From Escherichia phage vB_EcoM_DE17, in sequence record OP595146.1: a stretch of DNA of 64,000 bases, one strand, 5' to 3'. Both the position numbers and the translations under genes were made by a program. Positions 1 to 9,399 of the stretch are shown one piece after another. Below the pieces are notes generated by a model, which was given only the letters and a program-made list of their open reading frames with translations, was not told the DNA's origin and did not search any database. Position 1 is the stretch's first letter. The number at the start of each line of letters is the position of its first letter.

Positions 1-987
1 TTCATAACGAGAGGAACGCATCTTCATATCGTTGTAATCAGTTGGAACAGATACAACATCTCGTGGATGGACACGAACCTTCAGGATGGTATCACCTGAG
101 AAGCAACGAACATAATCCCAAGCACCAACATGAAGACCTTGAGAGCAAGTTACGTTACGGTTGTTATCAACCATCCAACGTGGCATCTCTACAATGTTAC
201 CCAAATCATTAGGTACTTTGTAGGTGTGAGAGTCAACCAGCTTGCCTTCACGAGTAGAGACTTTCTTCCAACCAATGATGTAGCCTTCTTCATCAATTTC
301 AACATCAAGGTGAGATACAAATCCCCAAAGTTGTTCTACAGAATCTTTAGATGGGTTTTCCATCAGTTTTTCGAAGAACATTACAAGTCGTTCAAAACCT
401 TTATCACCAGTTTTCATCATGTGAAGAATACGGTCAACCAGAGTAGAACGCATCTCAACAGCACCGTAGAAGAGCTTGTCACCTTTGATTGTGATAGCGC
501 CCTGAGTGAAGTTTTCGATAGACTTACGAATGTTCATCAGTTCAAATGCTTTCTTGAACTCACCTTTCACAACATGAACTACAATCTCTTGATAGTTCGG
601 ATGAGTAGATTCAACAATTTCAGATTCTGAACCGTAAGTCATAATTACAGAGTCACCAGTAATCATGTACTCAATCTTGTCATCTTTCTGCATAGCTTCA
701 TGCAGTTTATTCACTGGAGCTTTCTGTACAGCGTCTTTAACGACCTTTTCAACTGGTTTGCCAGCTTTCTTCTTAAAGGTCTTAGCAACTTGCTTCAAAG
801 TCTTCGTAGCTGGTGTAGAAGCTGCCTTTTTCTTTCCTTTTAAGGTTGCTTCATGACGCTCTACAGCACGACCAACTGAACGGGTTGAAGTATTGAACTT
901 CTGTGCAATAGCTGTTTTAGTCAGCTTACCTTCTTTAACCAGTTCGTAAATTTCTGCGTCAATCTGTGCTTTAGTTTTAGTAGTCAT
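1..987 (-). CDS. rIIB: rIIB-like protein, 3' end cut by window edge
   Basis: Hand-translated minus ORF from ATG at 987 running off the window; C-terminal motifs LVDRIL and VHPRDVVSVPTDYNDMKMR resemble T4 rIIB as recalled; sits directly downstream of rIIA. Confidence 0.8.
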   Translation of the reverse strand, partial: MTTKTKAQIDAEIYELVKEGKLTKTAIAQKFNTSTRSVGRAVERHEATLKGKKKAASTPATKTLKQVAKTFKKKAGKPVEKVVKDAVQKAPVNKLHEAMQKDDKIEYMITGDSVIMTYGSESEIVESTHPNYQEIVVHVVKGEFKKAFELMNIRKSIENFTQGAITIKGDKLFYGAVEMRSTLVDRILHMMKTGDKGFERLVMFFEKLMENPSKDSVEQLWGFVSHLDVEIDEEGYIIGWKKVSTREGKLVDSHTYKVPNDLGNIVEMPRWMVDNNRNVTCSQGLHVGAWDYVRCFSGDTILKVRVHPRDVVSVPTDYNDMKMRSSRYE

Positions 988-1031
988 CTTATTACTCTCT
1001 CTTGTTAATTAATAAATCATTTTGTAAGGCT

Positions 1032-1062
1032 ATTCTAAGGGGCTTTGAAGCCCCTTGTCAAA
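1032..1062 (-). promoter_or_regulatory. sigma70-like promoter upstream of rIIB with palindrome in spacer
   Basis: Minus strand reads TTGACA-aggggcttcaaagcccctt-TAGAAT; spacer holds perfect hairpin GGGGCTTCAAAGCCCC (1039..1054). Confidence 0.5.
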
Positions 1063-1066
1063 CACT

Positions 1067-3433
1067 TTAATCGTAAATTGTAGTCCCTTCTGGAACACAC
1101 TTCACATCAAAGCCTAAGAACTTACTCACTTCGATGGGTGACACTTTATTCCAATCTAAATGAGAAAGCAAGAAGTTTTCTTGTTTTCTTTTTGAAAGGT
1201 AGTTTGTCACCTTGATGACCATACGGTCACCAGCTTTCTTAATTTTCTTGTACAGCTTTGTATCATTATCAAGACAGCTTTTTAAATCTTGCAACACACT
1301 AATAGTGTAAGTGTATGCAAAAGGTGCAGCAACGTATTGGATTTTACCAAACATTGCCTCTACAGCATCTTCATTACCTTCTAAGAAGATAGTTTTGTTT
1401 GTGTCTCGTGAATAGCAATAACCGCGAGAAATCTTCCTGTTATTGAACGTAAAGTTTCTGGCAATAATCCAACTGCTTGTAAGGTCTAGGACACCATTCA
1501 TATAGATACGTGTCATATACCTGTTATGATTAATCCAGTGAACATCAGTTAAGCTGTCGTTCAAGAGCTTCTCATCTACTTCAATCCAGTCTTCTGGTAT
1601 CTTTTTCCAATTTGCTTTTCGGAAAACATAGACTGTCTTTTCAATGACATTGGCAACTGACTTAGCTACATCTTCTGGAGATGAGCAAAAACATTCACCA
1701 TCAACTGTGTCGCCTACTGCCTTAATATAAAGCTGAGGCTCTTCAATCGTATCTAAGTCTTCTGACACCTCTTTGTATGAAGCTACGCCTTCTGCTGGAA
1801 CAGCTTTCCAAAGTTTTACAACACCTCTTACAGCTTCTTTACGCTGATAATGGTGTTCCTTATCAGACATCTTCACAATCTTTAACAAGCTTTTATCAAG
1901 TTTGTGAAGATTGATTAAATCATCTAGCTCTTCCTCATTAGAGAATACAAAGACGATACCATTGTATCTGTGAAACAGACTTGACTCACTGGCATAGTCT
2001 CGACATGCACCACGCAGAATCTGATTGCGTCCTACAGTCTTCTCAGTACCATTTTTATTGCGACGGTCATTTATAACAAACAAAAACTGTTCAATTTGAC
2101 TTTTACGCATTGCGCCAAAGATATTGAACATACTTGCCTCTTGAGTGTAGGAAAGCGCTGTTGCACGAATCTTACTTTCTAAAGAGTTGAACTTAACATA
2201 AGCAACTGGATTATAAAGATAATCTACTTTAGGGATATTGTTCCCGTTCCTATCAACCTTAATATTGCCTTTACCGTCACGTTCGTAAATGACTGAGCCG
2301 TCTTCTGCGTAGATAATTCCACGACGAATGTTTAGTAATTCTTCTTCCAGAGAATCAAGCTTAACACCACCCCACTCTAGCTTTGGACACACAGCATTAA
2401 ACATCTCTCGTGAGTTCAAGCGTAACTCAGCATAAGCCTGTGCAGCATCCATGAGTGTAGGTTGGCTATTAACTTTCTTGATAACATCCTTTGTAATTGC
2501 TTCAGTTATCTTTTTGGTAGCCTCAATGATAACATTTTTTGTCGTATCATTCATCTGCAATGCTTCACGAGAAGCTGCAATAGCAACTGAGCCAATAGGC
2601 ATGTAGATGTTTACAAGGTCTACGCTCCTGCGGAAAAATTCTGGCAATACTTTGAAGAAATCATCACCAAGTAATGCTTCCATATTAACAGGGTAGGCAA
2701 TGTTACCCATCACCACATTAAACTCTGTCCTGTTACCACTAGAACGCCAGCTTTGTTTGTGAATCATGGCATCATAAACACCTTCTTCACGGGCAATGAC
2801 ATTCATATCTGCTAATACATCGTCATACTCGATATTACTTTCTGGTTTTACAGCAAAGTATGAGTATACGTTACCAGCTTCTTCAAAGAACTTTGAGATG
2901 CGGTGGTCAGCAACTGCTACACGTACAGCTAAACCATTAGGCTCTTTTGTTGGGTTGGTGGTCAGTTTAGTTACTTGAGGAATGCCATTCTCAAGGTAAA
3001 CAGAGTACTTATTAACCACACCATCAACATAGCTAGACACTGTGAATGACTGAGCAATTGCAAATGGGGATTTTGAGCCGATACCCATTGCACCAATGTA
3101 GTCATTAGAGTCATTCTTCGTAGAAGCCCCGTAGTTTAGGTACAAACTCATAACTTTATCATGAGTCAATCCAGTTCCAAAATCACGGACTTCAAAGTAA
3201 GGCTCAAAACGAGTAGGTAAATGCACATGGAACGGGATATTCTCTTTTCCAGCTTCTTTCTGAGCATCTACTGCGTTACATGACAGTTCACGAATCACTG
3301 CCCTTTCTTTAAAGGTATATACACCAGAACTCAAAAGGCTGAACATTTCAGGTGTCATTGTAATCTGTGCTTGAGACGTCTCTAAAGAAGTTGAACTCTT
3401 AATCACTTCTGCGTGGTCATTTACCATGCGCAT
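1067..3433 (-). CDS. rIIA: rIIA-like protein with GHKL-type ATPase domain
   Basis: 788 aa; Bergerat-fold motifs NAVDA, DFGTGL, GAMGIGSKS; followed by rIIB as in T4. Confidence 0.8.
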   Translation of the reverse strand: MRMVNDHAEVIKSSTSLETSQAQITMTPEMFSLLSSGVYTFKERAVIRELSCNAVDAQKEAGKENIPFHVHLPTRFEPYFEVRDFGTGLTHDKVMSLYLNYGASTKNDSNDYIGAMGIGSKSPFAIAQSFTVSSYVDGVVNKYSVYLENGIPQVTKLTTNPTKEPNGLAVRVAVADHRISKFFEEAGNVYSYFAVKPESNIEYDDVLADMNVIAREEGVYDAMIHKQSWRSSGNRTEFNVVMGNIAYPVNMEALLGDDFFKVLPEFFRRSVDLVNIYMPIGSVAIAASREALQMNDTTKNVIIEATKKITEAITKDVIKKVNSQPTLMDAAQAYAELRLNSREMFNAVCPKLEWGGVKLDSLEEELLNIRRGIIYAEDGSVIYERDGKGNIKVDRNGNNIPKVDYLYNPVAYVKFNSLESKIRATALSYTQEASMFNIFGAMRKSQIEQFLFVINDRRNKNGTEKTVGRNQILRGACRDYASESSLFHRYNGIVFVFSNEEELDDLINLHKLDKSLLKIVKMSDKEHHYQRKEAVRGVVKLWKAVPAEGVASYKEVSEDLDTIEEPQLYIKAVGDTVDGECFCSSPEDVAKSVANVIEKTVYVFRKANWKKIPEDWIEVDEKLLNDSLTDVHWINHNRYMTRIYMNGVLDLTSSWIIARNFTFNNRKISRGYCYSRDTNKTIFLEGNEDAVEAMFGKIQYVAAPFAYTYTISVLQDLKSCLDNDTKLYKKIKKAGDRMVIKVTNYLSKRKQENFLLSHLDWNKVSPIEVSKFLGFDVKCVPEGTTIYD

Positions 3434-3461
3434 AATACTTTCCTCTTAGTTTACTGTTAAA

Positions 3462-3638
3462 TTACTTATTAAACATTTTACCAGAACCACCACACATAGG
3501 ACAGCAACCTGCTCTTGTATAGCCTTCTCCATTACAGTAGTCACATTTTTTGTGTTCTGCAAAGTACTTACAAAGAAGATAAACAAGGACTGCTACACCA
3601 CCAAGTGACAGTAAAATTTCTACCCAATATGCTTGCAT
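3462..3638 (-). CDS. small membrane-anchored protein with two CxxCxGxG zinc-finger repeats
   Basis: 58-aa ORF not in supplied track, hand-translated: N-terminal hydrophobic helix then CDYCNGEG and CPMCGGSG (DnaJ-type motif). Confidence 0.4.
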   Translation of the reverse strand: MQAYWVEILLSLGGVAVLVYLLCKYFAEHKKCDYCNGEGYTRAGCCPMCGGSGKMFNK

Positions 3639-3967
3639 GACTCACCTCTCATATTTTTGTAAAGGATAAAGCTTCTGTCATGGACGACACTTGTAGACAC
3701 TGCAAAGTTACTTTCAAGCATCTGTTTGTTTGGATTGTAGAAGCTCTCTTTAAACTCGTCAAGTGCAAATTGGTGATTGTCTGGAAGACCTTTTACACAC
3801 ACCTTTATTGTGATTGCTGCTGCAATCTTCCCAGTCAGTTCTTCTTTAGCTGCTACTAAGATTTTGTTGAGGAACTTATGACCATTTTCAGGCTTCTTGA
3901 TGTTCTCCCAACGCTCTTCTAAGACAATATTGATGTTCATCTCTTTGATTTTCATAATTTTCACCAA
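3620..3967 (-). CDS. hypothetical protein
   Basis: 115-aa ORF in tight co-directional gene array; no recognisable motif. Confidence 0.4.
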   Translation of the reverse strand: MVKIMKIKEMNINIVLEERWENIKKPENGHKFLNKILVAAKEELTGKIAAAITIKVCVKGLPDNHQFALDEFKESFYNPNKQMLESNFAVSTSVVHDRSFILYKNMRGESCKHIG

Positions 3968-4305
3968 GTCCAGTTAACGAGTATGCCATCGAAACCTTTT
4001 ACTAAAGGTACACCCTCATGTTCATAAAATTCAGGATTAACTTCGAATCCACGATTTTCAATATACTCTATCATGTATTTCATTACAAAGCTAATCTCTT
4101 CGTAGTCATCTGGGTCTCTGCCAAAGAACTGTTCTATGACAAACATACCCTCTTTTGTAGCAAATTGGCAGTGGTGATTGTAGATACCTTCACAAAACTT
4201 TTCAAACTTTTCTTTACCGAGAACTTCAAGGATGTCTGTATAGGCAACTTGTAAGTATTTCGGTTGTACAGGTTTCTTATTAAACCATATGGAAAGGTTG
4301 TCCAT
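3961..4305 (-). CDS. hypothetical protein
   Basis: 114-aa ORF, 4-nt overlap with downstream gene; no motif recognised. Confidence 0.45.
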   Translation of the reverse strand: MDNLSIWFNKKPVQPKYLQVAYTDILEVLGKEKFEKFCEGIYNHHCQFATKEGMFVIEQFFGRDPDDYEEISFVMKYMIEYIENRGFEVNPEFYEHEGVPLVKGFDGILVNWTW

Positions 4306-4325
4306 AGCATTCTCCAGAAATTAAA

Positions 4326-4343
4326 AAGGCTCCCGTAGGAGCC
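4326..4343 (-). terminator. intrinsic terminator after NAMPT-like gene
   Basis: Minus strand hairpin GGCTCC-TACG-GGAGCC followed by TTTTTAATTT. Confidence 0.6.
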
Positions 4344-4358
4344 TCTTATCATATACTT

Positions 4359-6140
4359 TTAAAGCTGCTTGTCAATATTATTTCGAATATCACCAAGAGT
4401 TGTGTAGCCGAACTGCTCAGAGTCGCTAAAGACTAAACGTAAAGCACAAGCTGGATGTTCAAGTGCATCTGCAAAGCTCTGGAATCCATAGCCATCTACA
4501 GCTTTCAGATTCTCACCATCCCACATAGGGGCTACACCACCAAAAGCAGACTTCTTAACACCACTATCTGTTTTAGGGTCTTTTGCAAGCATAATCTCTT
4601 TACCACCAATTCTTGCAAGAGTTGCTTTGACAGCAAATGCAAAGGTGTCACGAGTCATGTACTGGTAAGTGTAAGAACCTACACCAAACACTACGTTAGA
4701 GCTTGCAAAACCCATTTCATACAAACGCTTAAGGATTTCGTTTGCGCGTTCCAACGTGATAGAGTCACCATAAATAAGTCCGATATGCTCATCCAGTACT
4801 TTAAAACCTTTAGAGTTGATAGTTCCTCCAAAGATGTTATACAGTGTCTTGATAGCTCCATCAATCTCCGCTACAGGACGTGTTACAACGTTTGCAGAAC
4901 CAACCATATAAGCATTTTTCAACAGCACTGTATCAGCAACTTCAAAGTCTTCTCTGTCAACAACCATTTCGTAACCTTCTGACAGTAGCCATCCAGCAAT
5001 ACCATAATTGATGTTTTCAAGCTTCATGTTCAGAACAGCATTCAGCATTGTGTCGCTGGCTTCCAGCTTACTTAGGTGTTCGTAATAAGCCTTTTTAGCA
5101 CACTCTAAATGGATTGCTTTGTATCCTGTGACAATATGTACAGGGTCTCCAGAATCAGGACGAATTACCAGTTTGCCATCACGTTCCATAATCTCTTTAC
5201 GGAGTTCTGGCAATATGACTGATACAGTTCTCCAGAAGTTATAAGTATCTGAAACAACACTTGCAATACCAGTTGGGTAAGTTTTTGTTAAGAAACGACG
5301 GAAGGTTTGTAACTCACCTTTAAAGCGTCTTTCTTCTTCAATCAACTCGTTACCACCTTCCCAAGCAATGTTTGCACACATTACAGAATGTTCAGTGGCT
5401 GGTACAGAGCTACCAATATCAGAGATTGGGTAGGACTGTCCATAGATGCGTTTAGCTGTATACACAGCAGGGAAGCTATCAGTCCCTTTAAAGCTGGTTA
5501 AGTGACCTACAGCGTTAAATGCGTCATCAGTAAAGCCAGACATACCACGCATAGCAAAGTCATGGCACTGGTAAGGTAAATGTAAGTCGTTGTCACAAGT
5601 AAGGTCAGCCCACTTCTTACAGATACGTTTGTAGTGCAATGCAATAGTTGCAATGGTACAAGCCTTCCAAATCTCAGCAGAGAAAGCATCTTCCAGATAC
5701 CCCGCTACCCAATGGAAACCTGAAACAGTGTTCTGGAAAACAATCATTGGTACACGCATAGGGACAACTGTACCTTCTTCTACAGCGTAGACTTCAACTG
5801 GTAAATAACCTAAGTCGTGGAGTGCTTCCCAATGTTCTCGACCAATAGCATCTTTACCCAGAACACCATTCATGACTTCTAAGATTTCGTCAATTGCTTC
5901 TTTTTTGTCACGTTCAAAGAACGTAGCATTCCAATGGTCTATCAGGTAATCTTTAACAAAACGTTGAATACCAAAAGCAACTACACCATCAATTGCTAAG
6001 GGGCTGTTAAACCATTTGTCACTACGTGGTGTCAGGTTGAACATCAAGTACTCTGTTGCGCTAGGATACTGGTAGATGTGACCAGATTTGTAAGCATCTG
6101 CGTTTAAACCTGCTGGTACTGCATAAAGTGATTTAGTCAT
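4359..6140 (-). CDS. nadV: nicotinamide phosphoribosyltransferase family protein (NAMPT/NadV-like; possibly Namat-type)
   Basis: 593 aa; sequence pattern typical of the NAMPT family throughout; adjacent to a Prs-like gene. Confidence 0.8.
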   Translation of the reverse strand: MTKSLYAVPAGLNADAYKSGHIYQYPSATEYLMFNLTPRSDKWFNSPLAIDGVVAFGIQRFVKDYLIDHWNATFFERDKKEAIDEILEVMNGVLGKDAIGREHWEALHDLGYLPVEVYAVEEGTVVPMRVPMIVFQNTVSGFHWVAGYLEDAFSAEIWKACTIATIALHYKRICKKWADLTCDNDLHLPYQCHDFAMRGMSGFTDDAFNAVGHLTSFKGTDSFPAVYTAKRIYGQSYPISDIGSSVPATEHSVMCANIAWEGGNELIEEERRFKGELQTFRRFLTKTYPTGIASVVSDTYNFWRTVSVILPELRKEIMERDGKLVIRPDSGDPVHIVTGYKAIHLECAKKAYYEHLSKLEASDTMLNAVLNMKLENINYGIAGWLLSEGYEMVVDREDFEVADTVLLKNAYMVGSANVVTRPVAEIDGAIKTLYNIFGGTINSKGFKVLDEHIGLIYGDSITLERANEILKRLYEMGFASSNVVFGVGSYTYQYMTRDTFAFAVKATLARIGGKEIMLAKDPKTDSGVKKSAFGGVAPMWDGENLKAVDGYGFQSFADALEHPACALRLVFSDSEQFGYTTLGDIRNNIDKQL

Positions 6141-6160
6141 CTTTTAATCTCTCTCAAAAT

Positions 6161-6176
6161 GGGGCTTTTAAGCCCC
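6161..6176 (-). terminator. hairpin after Prs-like gene
   Basis: GGGGCTTAAAAGCCCC then ATTTTGAG on minus strand. Confidence 0.45.
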
Positions 6177-6185
6177 TATAAACTT

Positions 6186-7067
6186 TCAATCAAGGTTTGC
6201 TACAGTAACTTGACTATAATGTGTTAAGCCACGGTCTTTAGCTTCGCCTAAAGAGTTTGTAGTGTAAATATGGTCGATACCATTGTCAAGAAGGTTTTCA
6301 ACATCTTTAGAGAAGATACCATGTGTTACATAAAGTTCCACACGTTTTGCACCTGCTTCACGAAGATGTTTCGCTGCTTCTATGAAGGTTCGACCACCAT
6401 CACAGATATCATCCAGAATCATAACGGTTTTATCTGTCAAATCAACATCATCAAGGATTCGCATACCAGTAATTTCACCAGTCTTAAGGTTACGCACTTT
6501 AGACATTGTGATGTATGGTTTATCCACCTCTTTAGCAGTCTCTGCAATCTTCTTAGCAGCACCTGCATCTGGGGCTACTAAGTAATCAATCAGTGGGTCA
6601 TTTGCATAGTGGACTGCAATTTCCTTTTGAGGAATACTCTGGAAGCAGTTAAACAGGTTATCTGGTACATAGCTGTGAGGGTCAACTGCACAGACTGCAC
6701 CAAATCCCATTGCATTTACCTGTTTAGCAAAAACCTTTAAAGCTGCTGCGTCACCTTTAAACATGTGACGGTCATAGCGTGCATTTGGTAAGTAGTAAAA
6801 GATGACAGTCTTTAAAGCATAATCATGAGGAATTAAATCATCAATTGCTTCTTTAGCAAGTGCCACAGCAAACAATGTATCCTTATCATAACCTTTTACA
6901 ATCATAATCACATTGTTGATGGATGATGCTGCATAAGCAGTGAAATCAACAAACTCTGGCGAAAAGTGTCCACCAATCTCACCAGAAGGAAATTGGATGA
7001 TGTTAAACTCTTCTTCATGAGTTCCTTTAGTTGGTGAATGAACTGTAACACGGATAGATGTTTTCAT
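6186..7067 (-). CDS. ribose-phosphate pyrophosphokinase family protein (Prs-like; possibly ADPR-PP synthetase type)
   Basis: PRPP-synthetase-like motifs VDPHS and MILDDICDGGRTF; start moved to the ATG at 7067 with upstream GAGAGAGA; track start at 7082 appears non-ATG. Confidence 0.75.
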   Translation of the reverse strand: MKTSIRVTVHSPTKGTHEEEFNIIQFPSGEIGGHFSPEFVDFTAYAASSINNVIMIVKGYDKDTLFAVALAKEAIDDLIPHDYALKTVIFYYLPNARYDRHMFKGDAAALKVFAKQVNAMGFGAVCAVDPHSYVPDNLFNCFQSIPQKEIAVHYANDPLIDYLVAPDAGAAKKIAETAKEVDKPYITMSKVRNLKTGEITGMRILDDVDLTDKTVMILDDICDGGRTFIEAAKHLREAGAKRVELYVTHGIFSKDVENLLDNGIDHIYTTNSLGEAKDRGLTHYSQVTVANLD

Positions 7068-7078
7068 AGTTTTCTCTC

Positions 7079-7357
7079 TCAATCAAAAGTTACGTTTGTT
7101 ACTGCCATTGCAGATTTGCATTTTGCAGGGTCTACAACGTGATAAAGTACACTACAGTTACCTGTGCTGTCTGGTACAGGTTTAACCCATTGTTGCTTGA
7201 CAGTTGGTTCGCCTAAGTCTTTGTAAGAACCATCTGTAAAGTTGTTTACCATCTCAAGTGCAATTGGCTCTGGAACATGACCACGTATCATGTACATTTC
7301 ACAGCCATTACCACCTTCACTGACTAATGGTAAAATCTCCCACTTTTCTTTAGCCAT
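7079..7357 (-). CDS. hypothetical protein
   Basis: 92-aa ORF in operon context. Confidence 0.45.
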   Translation of the reverse strand: MAKEKWEILPLVSEGGNGCEMYMIRGHVPEPIALEMVNNFTDGSYKDLGEPTVKQQWVKPVPDSTGNCSVLYHVVDPAKCKSAMAVTNVTFD

Positions 7358-7865
7358 TGTAAGTTGCCCTATAAACTATCTCGAACTTCAACAGGAGAGA
7401 TATTGCCAAATCTGTATAGTTGTTGTCAAGCACATCTGGCATATTATTTTTGATATATCTCTCTTGCTCTTCATAGGTCATCTTAGGGGTACTTAAAAGA
7501 CTATCTCCTTGCTTCTGGTTATCAGCTTTAGTCTGAATAAACCAGTTTGCACAGTGATGTTCGCCACCTTTTGTAACAGGTTTGTGGTGGCCTAATGTGA
7601 AGGATTGACTGCCTGTGTATCTGCAAAGTTTATTGAGTACTGTAATGGTGTTCTTCACAACAAAGCATTCATATAGGTTGTCTATGGTGTAGTGTGGGTA
7701 ATATCGAAATAATGCTCTTTCACGAGTACTCTCACGATTCCAGAGAATCATGTGGTTGGAGTTGGAAGGGTCGTATTGGTGGGAGTCAATGAACTCTTGA
7801 CGTTCCTCAAAACTGAGTCTTAACACTGACATTGCAGCAGAACGTTTCAGATTTGACAGATACAT
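7350..7865 (-). CDS. putative HNH-type nuclease
   Basis: 171 aa; GHHKPVTKGGEHHCANW resembles the HNH core (HH..P...GG.....N); second half of motif not clear. Confidence 0.4.
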   Translation of the reverse strand: MYLSNLKRSAAMSVLRLSFEERQEFIDSHQYDPSNSNHMILWNRESTRERALFRYYPHYTIDNLYECFVVKNTITVLNKLCRYTGSQSFTLGHHKPVTKGGEHHCANWFIQTKADNQKQGDSLLSTPKMTYEEQERYIKNNMPDVLDNNYTDLAISLLLKFEIVYRATYNG

Positions 7866-7916
7866 ATTATCTCCAAAATAAAAAGGGAACCTTTACAGTT
7901 CCCTTATAGTATCTGC

Positions 7917-8237
7917 TTACTGAGCTACTTTCAAGATTCTTGTGAATGGAATTTCACTTTCTTCCATTAACTCTTTAGTTTCTTTGGTAACTTTCACAAA
8001 GTTATCTAGGCAGATAATCTTCTTATCTTTCTTACTATAGGTTAATTTAACCTTTTCAATATCTTTCTCAGAGCTTTTCTCTTCATTGAAGAGTTTTACA
8101 GCCTCTTTGAATGGGAGATATGAGCCATCATTATCACTAATGAATCCTGTACCACAATAGTAGGAGTTATGTTCTCTAGCCATAAACTGGCACAGTAAGA
8201 AAATCTGTAATTTACGAGTGTTATAAACTTTGCTCAT
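7917..8237 (-). CDS. hypothetical protein
   Basis: 106-aa ORF. Confidence 0.45.
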   Translation of the reverse strand: MSKVYNTRKLQIFLLCQFMAREHNSYYCGTGFISDNDGSYLPFKEAVKLFNEEKSSEKDIEKVKLTYSKKDKKIICLDNFVKVTKETKELMEESEIPFTRILKVAQ

Positions 8238-8239
8238 GA

Positions 8240-8524
8240 TTATTTAGCCTTCTTATTACGTTTACGGTTACGAGCTTTCTTAGCTGCTCGTTTAATAGCT
8301 GCTGCACCAGACGGACGGTGGGCTTGTTTCTTACCACCTTTGCCACGGCCTACATAGATGTAAGGTTGCTGTTCAATTTGGCTTGTAAGAACCTGTGCAA
8401 CCGCTGAAGCATCTACACCGACCTGCTTTCCAGTCATAGAAACAATGGCTGCTGCTTTTGCCAGTGCCTTCAAGAATCCAGCTTTCATATTACCTAAAAT
8501 TCCCATTTTTAGTCTCTCTCTCAT
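8240..8524 (-). CDS. hypothetical protein with Lys/Arg-rich C-terminal tail
   Basis: 94 aa; C-terminus AAIKRAAKKARNRKRNKKAK suggests nucleic-acid binding. Confidence 0.45.
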   Translation of the reverse strand: MRERLKMGILGNMKAGFLKALAKAAAIVSMTGKQVGVDASAVAQVLTSQIEQQPYIYVGRGKGGKKQAHRPSGAAAIKRAAKKARNRKRNKKAK

Positions 8525-8604
8525 TAAAGTTTAATACAGAACTTATGAAGTTCTTCTTCAGTGATACCAATTGGAGTTATACCTTAGTCCATTTGCCAGA
8601 ATAA

Positions 8605-9090
8605 TCACTCTGCTCTCCACTGACAATCACCTTGCCACCCATACTCTTTTCTCCAGAGGTTTTGATTATCAGAACCACGATACGGTTTAACTGTTGGTTT
8701 AGATGAATCATACTTACCATCAATCACCACGTCAACATATTTCATCACATCTAGGTGAATTTTTTCGTGTAACTGAAAACCTGTCCAGAGCCAGATAGAC
8801 TTCTCTGGATAAACAGTTTTAATACGTTTGCATATGTTGGTAACCTCTTGAATATTTCTATCATCCAGAGGTTCTCCACCAAGTATTGACAACCCACTGA
8901 TGGCCTCATCACCCATTAAATTAATAATGCCGTAAAGGTTTGCATAAGTAAACTCTTTACCAGCATTAAACTTCCAAGACTCCCTGTTAAAGCAGCCTTC
9001 ACAGTGATGTTTACAGCCAGCTACGAAGAGGCTTACCCGAACCCCTTCACCATTAGCTGTGTCAAATGGTCGAATCTCCATGTAATTCAT
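8605..9090 (-). CDS. nrdG: anaerobic ribonucleotide reductase activating protein (radical SAM)
   Basis: CKHHCEGC radical-SAM cysteine cluster near N-terminus; size and position next to nrdD. Confidence 0.8.
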   Translation of the reverse strand: MNYMEIRPFDTANGEGVRVSLFVAGCKHHCEGCFNRESWKFNAGKEFTYANLYGIINLMGDEAISGLSILGGEPLDDRNIQEVTNICKRIKTVYPEKSIWLWTGFQLHEKIHLDVMKYVDVVIDGKYDSSKPTVKPYRGSDNQNLWRKEYGWQGDCQWRAE

Positions 9091-9099
9091 CTAGTTACC

Positions 9100-9399
9100 T
9101 CACCAATACATATAAGTGTTCTTAGCGGCTTTCTTTGGAGACTTGCTATCAATATCAAAATCTTCATCTAAGAAGGATGTCTTAGAAAGCTGCCTTATTT
9201 GTGTTCTTGTAAGACGTTTAGTGGCCTTCTTAATCTCTCTACAAGGCTGACTTGTAAAGTCATAAGAGCCACCTTTTCTGGACATCATATCAGAATGGAA
9301 GTAGACATCTAAAGCATTTTCTCTGTTACGTACCTCATTTCTCCACTCATAAAGTCCATGAACGTTCTTTAAACCTTTTCTTCGAATTGTTTTACTCAT
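9100..9399 (-). CDS. hypothetical protein
   Basis: 99-aa basic ORF. Confidence 0.45.
   Translation of the reverse strand: MSKTIRRKGLKNVHGLYEWRNEVRNRENALDVYFHSDMMSRKGGSYDFTSQPCREIKKATKRLTRTQIRQLSKTSFLDEDFDIDSKSPKKAAKNTYMYW

Noticed and set aside
130-856. Plus-strand ORFs 130..630 and 665..856
   Set aside because: They lie antisense inside the minus-strand rIIB-like gene, whose translation shows conserved motifs; likely chance ORFs.
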